From: an uncultured virus (IMG/VR IMGVR_UViG_3300030495_000024)
Lineage: Duplodnaviria > Heunggongvirae > Uroviricota > Caudoviricetes
Virus record (IMG/VR): IMGVR_UViG_3300030495_000024
Strand: one strand, 5' to 3'
DNA: 64,000 bases
In this document: positions 47,242 to 56,541 of the stretch, in pieces
How the letters are laid out: each line of letters starts with the position of its first letter
How positions within the stretch are numbered: position 1 is the first letter of the stretch
Position numbers and translations under genes: made by a program
The notes under the pieces: generated by a model
Told to the model about the DNA's origin: nothing
The model's database searches: none
What the model saw: only the letters and a program-made list of their open reading frames with translations

Positions 47242-47751
47242 TCACAGGGTCACGAACGGGAAGCCGTCGCCGGGCGTGAACATGCGGGCCGGGATGAGCT
47301 GGTCAGGGACATCCGAGAGGGCACGCAGCTCGAAGCTGATCGACTGCCCGGAGATGAGGTCCATGACGCGGCCGATGAACCAGATCTCGTTGTTGGCGAT
47401 CGGAAGCCCTCGCTCGACGTGATCGCGCAGGACCGTAAACTTCTGCAGGATCGCGCTATCGAAGCGGCCGGCGAAGGCAGCGTCGTTGAAGATGCCCAGC
47501 GGGTTGACGAGCTGAAGGGTCGGTCGATTACGCTCTTCCTCGGACGAGCGGGTGAAGCCCGACATCTGGCAGGGCAGGTGGTCCCACACCTTCCCGTTCC
47601 AGGTCGTCGTCTGTCCCTGCGGTCCATCGCGAAAGCGGATCACCGCCGTCGCGCCGTTCGGCACGTTCTTGAGGGCGATCTCGAAGAAGACGACCTCGCC
47701 GTCCGCTGTGAGCTTGAGGCCCTCGTCGACATGGGAGCTGGGAACGGGCAT
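47242..47751 (-). CDS. Minor tail protein L-like (short)
   Basis: W.G..W..LP...SGF, RPTL.L.N, FEL..L...IPAR. Confidence 0.65.
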   Translation of the reverse strand: MPVPSSHVDEGLKLTADGEVVFFEIALKNVPNGATAVIRFRDGPQGQTTTWNGKVWDHLPCQMSGFTRSSEEERNRPTLQLVNPLGIFNDAAFAGRFDSAILQKFTVLRDHVERGLPIANNEIWFIGRVMDLISGQSISFELRALSDVPDQLIPARMFTPGDGFPFVTL

Positions 47752-47752
47752 G

Positions 47753-48193
47753 TCAGGCGTCCAAGTACATCAGCTCGAGATCGAAGGGTTCGACTTGGTG
47801 CAGGCGGTAAGAGGTGCCGGCGACGGTCATGCCGCCAATCTCTCCCGGCGACGTCTTGATGGTCTTCGGCATGATCAGTGGCTTCGTGAACCGAACGATG
47901 ACGTTCCCCTTCGTGGCGTGGGGATAGGTGAACGGCTCGTACATCCTCACCTTCTTGTAGAAGGTCTCCAGGGCATAGATGTTGAGCTGTGGGAAGACGG
48001 TCTTGTTGGGACCATCGCCGGCATTGAGCTGCCACACGAACATGCTGGGAAAGTTCAGGTGAACGAGGACCTCGTCCGGTCCAGGGGGCTTCGCCGCGAA
48101 GCGGTAGCCGCGCCCGAGCTTCAACGACGAGCTACCCGGGTACTCGTCGTTGGGGGTGTGGTAGGGGAAGTCGAAAATGTCGGAGACAGCCAT
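47753..48193 (-). CDS. Distal tail (gpM-like) protein
   Basis: Directly after tape measure; LETFY...EPFTY.H. Confidence 0.6.
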   Translation of the reverse strand: MAVSDIFDFPYHTPNDEYPGSSSLKLGRGYRFAAKPPGPDEVLVHLNFPSMFVWQLNAGDGPNKTVFPQLNIYALETFYKKVRMYEPFTYPHATKGNVIVRFTKPLIMPKTIKTSPGEIGGMTVAGTSYRLHQVEPFDLELMYLDA

Positions 48194-48194
48194 T

Positions 48195-51100
48195 TCAGCC
48201 TCGCGTGGCCACGCTCTTGACCAGCTCCTTCAGAGCCCCGCCCTTGCGGATGTTGTTGCCGACCATGTGGACGATGTCCTTCTCGCTCGGCGGCGGGACC
48301 TGCTCGGGGGGAACGACGTAGACATTGGCGCTCGCCGAGGCGCCGCCCAGGCGCCTTGAGGTGTCGATCGGCGGCGCCCGGCTCACCATGGTGTTGCCCA
48401 GGGCATTCATCTGCTCGAGTTTGTCGCGGCCGATCGCGTCGACCGCCGACTTCCGCAGCATGAACTCGCCGGGCATGGCGTAGACCATCTTGCTGTCTCG
48501 GTTCGCCAGCGCGGCGTCGGAGACCGGCACCGTGCCGCCGCCGGCGCGCCGGATCACGCCACCGAGGGCGGCGGCCTGGGTGCCTCCGAAGAGCGACGAG
48601 AAGAAGCTCGTGATGCTGCCGCCGCTGCCTCCGCTCAACCCCTCGCCGCCGAAAATCGAGCGGAAGATGCTGTTCGTCAGGCTCTTCGAGATCGACGACA
48701 TCAGGCCGCCGAGAATGTCGGTCGCAAACTTCTTCAGCGCATCGCCGGCCTTCATCGATCCGTTGAACAGGTTCGTCCAGAGGTTGTCGAAGGAGTTGCC
48801 GATGACCGTCAGGCTCTCTTCGATGCGCTTCTGAGCCTCGACCATAGGGTCGACGAGCCGACCCTGAAAATCGACGATCCCACGGCTCTTCATGAAGGAG
48901 TCGACGGCGCCGGTGCCCGCCTCGCCGAGCGTGCGCTCGGTGCGCGCCTGCTGACGAGCGAGGTTGTTGGTGGGCTCGAGCCGCTTCTGCTGCTCGGTGA
49001 CGTCGCGCAGGCGCTCCCGGATCGCGAGGGTGTCGCGATCGGTGTCAAGGCCGACCGCCTTCATTTGCTTGAGGGTCTCCTCAAGCGCGATGATCTTGGC
49101 CTGGTTGGCGGCGTACTCGCCCTCCAGCTCCTTGCGCTTCTGGAGGGTGTTGATCTCGTCGTTGAGCTGGTTGATGCGCTCCGTGTTACCGGCACGAGCG
49201 ATGTTCTCGGGGCGCTCGAACTCCTTGCGAGCAGCGATGAGCTGCTCGAGCCGGTCCGTGATCTCCTTCAAGCTCGCCTTGCCGGCGGTCTCGGCCTGGT
49301 TCAGGCCCTGCTGGGAGTAGAGGTCGGCGAAGCGTCGGCGCGTCGCGGCACGAGCCGTCTCGCGGTCCTCGTCGCTGCCGCGATCCGGCTGGTTCTCGTC
49401 GCGCTGGCGGGCATTCTGAAAGAGCTGGCCCAGGGTCGTGAAGGCGTCGCGGTTCGCGTCGATGACACGGGCGGGATCCTGGACCCGCTTCGCCAGGGTC
49501 AGCTGGGTGTCGTACTGCTCGCTCAGCGCCCGATCCTGCTTGCGCAGGTCCGCCAGCATGCGCTCGCGGTTCGCCTTCTCCTCGGCGCGCGCGTTGGCCT
49601 GCCGGCGGTTCTCGAAGTCCTCCGCGGTCCGGTCATCGGCCGTCTGCTGCCGGCGGGCAGTCTCCGTCGCCCGGCTCGTGGGGGAGGGGTTCCCGACAGT
49701 GGTCTCGGCGTTTCGGTACTTGCGCAGGATGTACTGGACGAACTCTTCCGCGGTGATGTCGGAGCGGAAGTCCTTGCCCATGTTCCCCCGGACGGCATCG
49801 AGCCCACGGATGTCCGTGGCCAACCGATCGCCGCCGCGCAGCAGGCTCAGGGCGCCGCCGGCGCCCTGCTGATGCATGAGGTAGAGCTCCTCGTTCGTCG
49901 CCTCCCTGCCCATGTTCGAGCGGAAGGTCCCGGCGTTGCGCTGAGTGAACTCCTGGAAGGCGCGCATCTGCGCCTCGAAGCCGACATCCACATTGCGGGT
50001 GCCGTACATACGCTCCCAGGTCGAGGGCAGGAACTGGAAGAGCCCGGTGGCGCCGGCCGATGAGCGGCGCTCGCCCGAGATCACCCGAGGATCATAGCCG
50101 CCGGTCTCGATCTGCCCATTCGCTAGGGCATAGCGGATGCGCTCCTCGCTGACGCCCTGCCCCCGGAGGGTGTCGACGATCCGCTGCTGGGTCGAGCCGC
50201 CCCGATAGGTCGTGCCGGGGACGACGTCCGGGATGCGGATGTCGCCCTTCTGAACCTGGAGAGCGTTGATGCTTTTGCCGATCGCAGCGACCTCGCCGAG
50301 GAGACGGTTGATCTCCTGCACGGCCGCGCGCATCTGCTCTGGGGTCGAGCGAACGTCGTCCCGAACCTTCTCCAAGCCCTTGATCTGGTTCTCGATCAGG
50401 CTCTTCCGGTCCTGCTCGCCCTCGATCTTGTAGTTGAGGATCTGGTCCTGGAGCCGCTTGTGGATCTCGCCGTAGGTGACCGTCAGCTGGTCGAGCTTCG
50501 CCTTGCCCTCACGCTGGATCTCGTCACGCCGGGCGCGTAGCTCGGGGTTCTTGTTGACGATCTCCTCGGGCGTGTTGCCCTGCTCGATCTGGAAGATCTG
50601 CTCGCGGGCCGCATTGATCTCGCGCTGGATCTGCTCGGCCATCGCGCGAAAGCCGGCCACCCGGGTGGGGTCGCCGGACGCTGCAGTCTGACGCTGGATG
50701 AGCGCGAGCTGCGCCTCGTCCGAGCGGATGCGCGCGTTCAGGACGGCCTTCTGCTCCGGCGCGCTCGCCGAGAAGCGATCCCGCACCTCCTTGCTCTGCC
50801 CACGGACGATGGCCTCGAGCCCCGTGGTGACCTCGCGATAGGCATCGTCGGCCGCCTTGCGGAGTTGCTCGCGCTCCTCGTCGCTGCCTCCACGAGCGAC
50901 GATGGCGTCCTTCAGGACCTTGATCTGGTCCAAGACGCCCTGCGCCTCTCCCGAGACGACGCGGGCGGCGGCGCGCATGTCCTGGAGGCCACCGAAGCCG
51001 GCGCGACGGCTGGCCTCGGTGACGCCAGCGAGCTGCTGGCCCGAGAGGCGGTCGCGGGCCGAGCGGACCGCGGCGAACTCTGAGGTATCCTGCAGGCTGG

Positions 51101-54100
51101 CCGCGCGTTCGGCGGCTTGCGCCGTCCGGCGCTGCTGCTCGGTAGCCTGGATGTCGGTCGCCGTCGCCACGACCTCGTTGAAACGAGCGAGCGCCGCCTC
51201 GACCGCCTTGACCCGGGCATCCAGACGGTCGGCCCCTGACTTGTATCCGGCGATGAGCGCACGCGTGGCCTGGGTCCGCAGCTCATCGACCTCACGGAGC
51301 GCGGCCGTTCGGTAGGGGGCCGCGCCGCCGAGCGGGTTCTCGCCGAGGAGGCGCGGGTCACGGATGACCTGAGCCATGGTCGAGTAGATACCCGGGCCGT
51401 TCCGGTCGAGCCGCTGGATGTCGGCCAGCGGATCGACGTCGATGAGGGCGCCCATCCCAGCCACGTCGCCGGAGGCTGTCCCGACCGTGACCTGCGATCC
51501 CCGGGCGCGAGCGGCCTGAAGTCGGTTCAGCTCCTCGATCTTCTTGCTCAGGACCGAGATCTGCTCGGACAGCAGAGTGGGGAGCTGCGTGTTCAGCTCG
51601 ACGCGCAACCCCTGCAGGCTCTTGATCAGCTCGTCGACCGAGGTACGGGCCGGGTCGGCGGCAAGACCGATGTCCCCGAACGCCTTCTGGGCCTCGATCA
51701 CCGCCGTCTCACGCATCAGCGGATCGCTGTTGAGCTTCTCCCGGCGGTCGATCAGGGTCTGGATCGTGCGGTCCAGGTCGGTCGAGCGCTGCTGGAGCGT
51801 CGACTGCCGGGACGTCAGCTCGTTCTCGGACCGCTTCAGGATGTCGAGGGCGACCTGCGCCTTCTCGGCCTCCGACTGGAGCGTGGTGAGGTAGTAGATC
51901 AGCCCACCGGCGCCCGCCACCGCACCGGCCGCCAGGCCGACCGGCCCAGAGAGCAGCGCCAGAGCACCGCCCGCCCCGAGCATAGAGGTAAAGCCGGCCA
52001 CGAGCTGGCCGATCTTCACGGCGGCGATGGCTGTGGCGATGGAGCCGAAGCCAGCGGCGATCACAGGCAGGATCGGGCCGAGCTGGTTCAGCTTCTCCAG
52101 CATCGTGCCGGTGCCGCCGGCCGCCGCGGTCAGGACCTTCACCAGCGGGGCAAAGGCGGTGTCCACGAGACCGAACACGATGTTCGTGAGACGCTGGCCG
52201 GCGGACGACAGGCTCTCGTTGGCCTTGGCCGCCCCTTCCGTCGCTGCGGAGGTGAGCAGAAACTCCTTCTGGAGGGTGCTGAGCTTGTCGGCCTGCCCGA
52301 CGAGAGCCGAGAAGGCCGCCGCGGCGCGCAGATCCATGGAGCGAAGCGCCTCGGCGGTGCCGAAACCGGCCTTCTGCAGGTTCTGGAGGACGCCGGAGAA
52401 GCCCTGGGTCCGTAGGTCGACATCCGCGAGGTCGATCCCGACCTCCTTCAGGACGCTCCGCAGCTTGTCGGACGGTGCGGCTAGTTCCGTGATGAGCTGG
52501 CGCATGCCGGTGCCGATCGTCGACCCCGACTTCACGCCGGCCTGGGCAATGGCGCCGATCGAGGCGGTCAGCTCCGTGAAGCTCACGTCGCTGTCGCGCG
52601 CGATGTTCGCGGCGTACTGGATGCCCAGCTGGAGCTGGTCCATCGTCAGCTTGGTGCGGTTCAGCGCAGCGACGAAGACGTCGGCGACCTCGGCCGCGCG
52701 CCCGGCCTCCATGTTGTAGGCACCGAGCACGCCAGTGATGGCGGACACGCTCTCCTGCAGGGTCGAGCCCGACGCAGCCGCGAGATCCACGACGGGTTTG
52801 AGCGCCTTCGTGACCTCGCTGGCGGCAAGACCGGTCTGGCCGAGGGAGATGGCGACCTGCGTGAGATCGTTGACCGAGAACTTGCTGGTCGCGGCCACCT
52901 CGAGGAGGTTGGCGCGGAAGCCAGCCATCTCCGAGTTGGCCGCGCCGGTGATCGCTTGGAACTTGACCAGGTTCTCGTCGAAGGCGACGAGCGCTGCCAT
53001 CGCCCCAGTGATCGCGCTCGTCAGCAGGCCGAAGGTCGCGTAGTTCGCGGCGAGCTGCGCCTGGAACGCGAACTGCTGAGCCCCACCGTCCAGATCGAAG
53101 GCAGCTCGACGCGCCCGGAAGCCCTCCCGGGCGCCGAACTGAAGCTGCTCGTCCGTCTTCGGTGTCGCGGCGCCTACCGCCGCGCGACGCTCGGACGCCC
53201 AGGTGCGCAGCAACGCCTTCTGGTCATTGATCGACAGGTTCTCCTGCGCGATCATGCGCTGGAACTCGCCCCGCTCGACCCCGTAGCGGTTCACGAAAGC
53301 GGTATCGCGCGAGACCTGCCGAAGAGCGGTCTCCCCTGTCAGCCGGCGGTCACGATCCTTGTTCTCGGTCTCGGCGTTGGCGCGCTCGCGCACAGCCTGC
53401 AGCCGGCGGATCCGATCCACCTCTTTGTTCTCGGCTTCCGCGGTCTCACGCTCCCGGCGCGCGCGCAGCCGATCGGTGGCGTCACGGTCCTTGTTCTCGG
53501 CCTCGGCCGTCGCCCGCTCCCGCAGGGCCTGGACACGAGCGATGGCCTGCCGATCAGCGAAGGCGTCGCGCTCTGCGAGCGTGCTGCCTTCGCCCAGCCG
53601 CCGGACGGCGCGCTCCGTAGAGATGCGCGCATCAGCGATAGCCGCGTCGGCCGAACCAGGCACGGCCTGCCGGACAGCTCGGATCTGGACCCGCTGCTGG
53701 GCCGCGACCAGGGCACCCTCGACGGCCTGGCTGGTCGACGTCAGCAGGCGCTCCATCGCCTTGCCTGTCGCCAGGGCGAGCCGCGCGGTGAGCTGATCGG
53801 TGGTGGTATTGATGCCGGTGAGGGCATCCTTCAGAGCGTTCTCGGCAGCACGAGCCTGCCCGACCGTGCGGCCATCGGCGACCCGGCCCTCGGAACGGAC
53901 CCGATCCACGGCGCCGCGGGCTACGCTCAGCTCCCGCTGAAGCTGAACCTCCTTCGCGAGGCTGTCGTTGTACTTGGCCTGCTCGGCGTTGAGCTTCTCG
54001 ATCCGGCCGAAGGCGCGGGTCTCCGCGGCCGACCCGGGCGCCGCCTTCTCGGCGGCCTTCTGCGCTGCGACGAGGTTGTCCTTGTAGTCGGCCGAGGCCT

Positions 54101-54242
54101 TGACGGCCTTCTCCATCGTGGTCCGCATCGCCTCCGCGGCGCGCAGACCAGCCGTCATCGCCTCGAAGGTGCGCCGGAGAGAGGCCTCCAGCTCGTTCGA
54201 GCCGACGTCGAGGTCGACATTCAGATGGTCTTCACCCGCCAT
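48195..54242 (-). CDS. Tape measure protein with lytic transglycosylase-like domain
   Basis: 2015 aa helical; TMP core; IETGG/GLFQF/YLMHQQG domain. Confidence 0.92.
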   Translation of the reverse strand: MAGEDHLNVDLDVGSNELEASLRRTFEAMTAGLRAAEAMRTTMEKAVKASADYKDNLVAAQKAAEKAAPGSAAETRAFGRIEKLNAEQAKYNDSLAKEVQLQRELSVARGAVDRVRSEGRVADGRTVGQARAAENALKDALTGINTTTDQLTARLALATGKAMERLLTSTSQAVEGALVAAQQRVQIRAVRQAVPGSADAAIADARISTERAVRRLGEGSTLAERDAFADRQAIARVQALRERATAEAENKDRDATDRLRARRERETAEAENKEVDRIRRLQAVRERANAETENKDRDRRLTGETALRQVSRDTAFVNRYGVERGEFQRMIAQENLSINDQKALLRTWASERRAAVGAATPKTDEQLQFGAREGFRARRAAFDLDGGAQQFAFQAQLAANYATFGLLTSAITGAMAALVAFDENLVKFQAITGAANSEMAGFRANLLEVAATSKFSVNDLTQVAISLGQTGLAASEVTKALKPVVDLAAASGSTLQESVSAITGVLGAYNMEAGRAAEVADVFVAALNRTKLTMDQLQLGIQYAANIARDSDVSFTELTASIGAIAQAGVKSGSTIGTGMRQLITELAAPSDKLRSVLKEVGIDLADVDLRTQGFSGVLQNLQKAGFGTAEALRSMDLRAAAAFSALVGQADKLSTLQKEFLLTSAATEGAAKANESLSSAGQRLTNIVFGLVDTAFAPLVKVLTAAAGGTGTMLEKLNQLGPILPVIAAGFGSIATAIAAVKIGQLVAGFTSMLGAGGALALLSGPVGLAAGAVAGAGGLIYYLTTLQSEAEKAQVALDILKRSENELTSRQSTLQQRSTDLDRTIQTLIDRREKLNSDPLMRETAVIEAQKAFGDIGLAADPARTSVDELIKSLQGLRVELNTQLPTLLSEQISVLSKKIEELNRLQAARARGSQVTVGTASGDVAGMGALIDVDPLADIQRLDRNGPGIYSTMAQVIRDPRLLGENPLGGAAPYRTAALREVDELRTQATRALIAGYKSGADRLDARVKAVEAALARFNEVVATATDIQATEQQRRTAQAAERAASLQDTSEFAAVRSARDRLSGQQLAGVTEASRRAGFGGLQDMRAAARVVSGEAQGVLDQIKVLKDAIVARGGSDEEREQLRKAADDAYREVTTGLEAIVRGQSKEVRDRFSASAPEQKAVLNARIRSDEAQLALIQRQTAASGDPTRVAGFRAMAEQIQREINAAREQIFQIEQGNTPEEIVNKNPELRARRDEIQREGKAKLDQLTVTYGEIHKRLQDQILNYKIEGEQDRKSLIENQIKGLEKVRDDVRSTPEQMRAAVQEINRLLGEVAAIGKSINALQVQKGDIRIPDVVPGTTYRGGSTQQRIVDTLRGQGVSEERIRYALANGQIETGGYDPRVISGERRSSAGATGLFQFLPSTWERMYGTRNVDVGFEAQMRAFQEFTQRNAGTFRSNMGREATNEELYLMHQQGAGGALSLLRGGDRLATDIRGLDAVRGNMGKDFRSDITAEEFVQYILRKYRNAETTVGNPSPTSRATETARRQQTADDRTAEDFENRRQANARAEEKANRERMLADLRKQDRALSEQYDTQLTLAKRVQDPARVIDANRDAFTTLGQLFQNARQRDENQPDRGSDEDRETARAATRRRFADLYSQQGLNQAETAGKASLKEITDRLEQLIAARKEFERPENIARAGNTERINQLNDEINTLQKRKELEGEYAANQAKIIALEETLKQMKAVGLDTDRDTLAIRERLRDVTEQQKRLEPTNNLARQQARTERTLGEAGTGAVDSFMKSRGIVDFQGRLVDPMVEAQKRIEESLTVIGNSFDNLWTNLFNGSMKAGDALKKFATDILGGLMSSISKSLTNSIFRSIFGGEGLSGGSGGSITSFFSSLFGGTQAAALGGVIRRAGGGTVPVSDAALANRDSKMVYAMPGEFMLRKSAVDAIGRDKLEQMNALGNTMVSRAPPIDTSRRLGGASASANVYVVPPEQVPPPSEKDIVHMVGNNIRKGGALKELVKSVATRG

Positions 54243-54582
54243 TGACCATGCGCGCGAACGCCATCATGTCGTCCACGCTCTCCAGCTGCTTGGGCTCGGA
54301 CTTGGAGCCGCTGAACATGCGGCCCACGACGAAGAGCAAGCTCTCAGTCGTGGACATGGCCTTGACCATCTCGAACCGGATGAACAAACCGGACACACGA
54401 CGAAGATCATCGAGTGTCTTTGACCAGTACAGTTTGGTCAGGTCGCTCGGGTGACATCTGAAAGCGAGGATCAGGCTGTCTTCCCAGCTGAGTTCCCCGA
54501 AGAAGTCAGAGATGATGCGACAGCCTGTAGCTTCGCCGCGTTGCTCGCCAGGAGAGTCGCGCTCTTGTCGAACCGGCGGACG
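54232..54582 (-). CDS. Tail chaperone C-terminal extension (gpT-like) reached by -1 frameshift
   Basis: -1 frame open from T TTT TTC to a TGA overlapping the tape measure start. Confidence 0.7.
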   Translation of the reverse strand, partial: RPPVRQERDSPGEQRGEATGCRIISDFFGELSWEDSLILAFRCHPSDLTKLYWSKTLDDLRRVSGLFIRFEMVKAMSTTESLLFVVGRMFSGSKSEPKQLESVDDMMAFARMVNGG

Positions 54583-54908
54583 AAAAAATCCAGCGCATGC
54601 GCCCCGATCCAGTCCAGGATCTGCTCGGCGACCTCGGGCTGGATGTGATGAACCGAGATCGCGTCCGATCCGGCCTCCGAGGCCGACAGTACAGCGCCCC
54701 GCTCATCCCGCGGCGCGAGCACGATCTCCAGCGCCGTGAGCGCCGTCTGTGGGTCGAACGAGAGGTTCGGGACGCCCTCCACCCCTCCGACGAGCGCACT
54801 GATCTCGTTCAGAAGCCCGAAGCTCATGAACAGCTCGCGGCTCTCATCCTTGTCTGGGTCGAGCTTGATCTTCAGACGAGGCGGTGGCGCGGAAGTTGAT
54901 ACTGACAC
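54471..54908 (-). CDS. Tail assembly chaperone (gpG-like)
   Basis: Between major tail and tape measure; GAGG RBS plus GTG start. Confidence 0.7.
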   Translation of the reverse strand: MSVSTSAPPPRLKIKLDPDKDESRELFMSFGLLNEISALVGGVEGVPNLSFDPQTALTALEIVLAPRDERGAVLSASEAGSDAISVHHIQPEVAEQILDWIGAHALDFFVRRFDKSATLLASNAAKLQAVASSLTSSGNSAGKTA

Positions 54909-54956
54909 GATCAAGGCCTCATCTGCTGGCTTTCTCCAATGTGGGTGCGAGTGGTC

Positions 54957-54991
54957 AAAAGAAAAGGCCCCGTTTTCACGGGGCCTTTTCT
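54957..54991 (-). terminator. Bidirectional intrinsic terminator after major tail gene
   Basis: GAAAAGGCCCCG-N7-CGGGGCCTTTTC with A/T runs on both sides. Confidence 0.8.
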
Positions 54992-55011
54992 CGACATGAT
55001 CGATTTTGTTC

Positions 55012-55788
55012 TTACCGGTTGAAGATCTGCATCCGCTGCCGGAAGTCCGCATCGTAACCGGGGTCGGTCGCGACGGGGACCAGCGGCGTCCACTCGAACG
55101 GGAGGTTCGAGAAGTTGTCGGAGCTGAAGCCCATCGCGAAGCCCTTCGTGATCCGGCACTTGGGGAAGTGCAGCACGACGGGCGTCGAGAGATCGACGGC
55201 GATGCCGACGACACGAACGGCGAAGTAGTTGTTCGCCTTGGCCGGGTCGGCGTCGATCTTATTGAACTCGCCGACCCGGGCGTTGGTGGTAAAGGACAGA
55301 CCGGTGGGGACCGGATAGCCGGTGAAGGTCACGGTGTTGGTCGAGATCGCCGACACCTTGAAGATGTGGATCTGGTCGTCCAGGGCCTCCTGGATATAGC
55401 CCCAGTCGCCGACAGCGAAGGTGTTCGCGGCGGCGGTCGTGAAGGACGTGGCACCAGCGGCCACCGCAGCGGTGATCGCCTGGGGCGGAGCCATGTCGAC
55501 GAGGCCGGTCGGATCCTGCGACAGGCCGTAGGCGAGGTTCCGGGAGGTGTACTCGTACACCTCACCGGAGCCCGTGATCGGCATGCCGTTGTTCACGCTC
55601 GCGACAACATCGTTCATGATGCCCTGAGTCAGGTCCACTTTCGAGGGCGTAGCCTCGACGCGGACGTTCTTGACCAGGCCGACCGAGTGCGTGAGCGGGT
55701 TCATCGCCTTCTGCTGCGCCATGGGCGCGATGAGCAGCGAGGCGGTCGAAAAGTGGAAGCGACCCGTGAGGGCGGTGCCGGGTACCAT
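55012..55788 (-). CDS. Major tail (tube) protein
   Basis: Position, size and beta-rich composition. Confidence 0.7.
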   Translation of the reverse strand: MVPGTALTGRFHFSTASLLIAPMAQQKAMNPLTHSVGLVKNVRVEATPSKVDLTQGIMNDVVASVNNGMPITGSGEVYEYTSRNLAYGLSQDPTGLVDMAPPQAITAAVAAGATSFTTAAANTFAVGDWGYIQEALDDQIHIFKVSAISTNTVTFTGYPVPTGLSFTTNARVGEFNKIDADPAKANNYFAVRVVGIAVDLSTPVVLHFPKCRITKGFAMGFSSDNFSNLPFEWTPLVPVATDPGYDADFRQRMQIFNR

Positions 55789-55864
55789 GGAGAAATCTCC
55801 GTCTCAGGGTCTGAAAACTGTCGCTTGCAATATTGGCTCTGAGCCCCATTTTTCCAAAGCAGAG

Positions 55865-55881
55865 CCCCTAAAATCTATGGG
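55865..55881. promoter_or_regulatory. Palindrome family B (CCCCTA-aaatc-TATGGG)
   Basis: In the divergent gap between major tail and Arc-like genes. Confidence 0.6.
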
Positions 55882-55894
55882 AAGATCAAGATCT

Positions 55895-56134
55895 ATGCCC
55901 AGGCAGAGCCAATCGAACGTCGAACGTCCTCTGACTGTCATGGTCAAACCCGATCTTGATGCTGTTCTTCGGGCACGCGCCGTCGCGAACCATCGGAGCG
56001 TCACGAAGGAGATCGTGTTTCTGATCGAGACGGCTCTCGGTTGTACCTCAGAGAGCGTCCGGGAGACCGTGCATCTGCTCTACAAGATGAATGCCGAGGT
56101 CACGTCTGAGCCGGTAGCGTCCCCGCTCGCGTGA
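55895..56134 (+). CDS. Arc-like ribbon-helix-helix regulator, counter-oriented in the late arm
   Basis: LTVMVKPDLDAVLRARAVANHRSVTKEIVFLIE matches the Arc pattern. Confidence 0.75.
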   Translation: MPRQSQSNVERPLTVMVKPDLDAVLRARAVANHRSVTKEIVFLIETALGCTSESVRETVHLLYKMNAEVTSEPVASPLA

Positions 56135-56540
56135 CGCGCGCGCTGACCTGGATGTCGAACGTCGGACGATAGTCCACGCGCGTCATCGGCGAGACGGAGG
56201 TTCCGTCGAAGATCACGGCCTCGAAACCGGTCCGTGATCCATCGTCGTTGAACATCGGGAACCGCTTCTGCGCCTGAAGACGCTGATAGAAGAGGTCCGC
56301 GTAGTTGGTCGCTCGGACAAGGCTGGGGTCGTCGATGACCATGATGCCGATCCCGAAGTTCAGGTCGTGGAACTTGTCGTTCTCCGTACAAGAGAAGCCA
56401 ACAAGACCGACGAGATCCTTATTCGGAAGCTTGAAGTCTTCGGCATGACCATCCCACTCCGTGTACTGAACGTCGGAGCCGAACTGAGCTGCCGTGTCGA
56501 TGATCATTCGGACCGTCGATAGGCGAGCGATCTTGAACAT
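56100..56540 (-). CDS. Putative tail terminator
   Basis: Synteny only. Confidence 0.5.
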   Translation of the reverse strand: MFKIARLSTVRMIIDTAAQFGSDVQYTEWDGHAEDFKLPNKDLVGLVGFSCTENDKFHDLNFGIGIMVIDDPSLVRATNYADLFYQRLQAQKRFPMFNDDGSRTGFEAVIFDGTSVSPMTRVDYRPTFDIQVSARVTRAGTLPAQT

Positions 56541-56541
56541 C

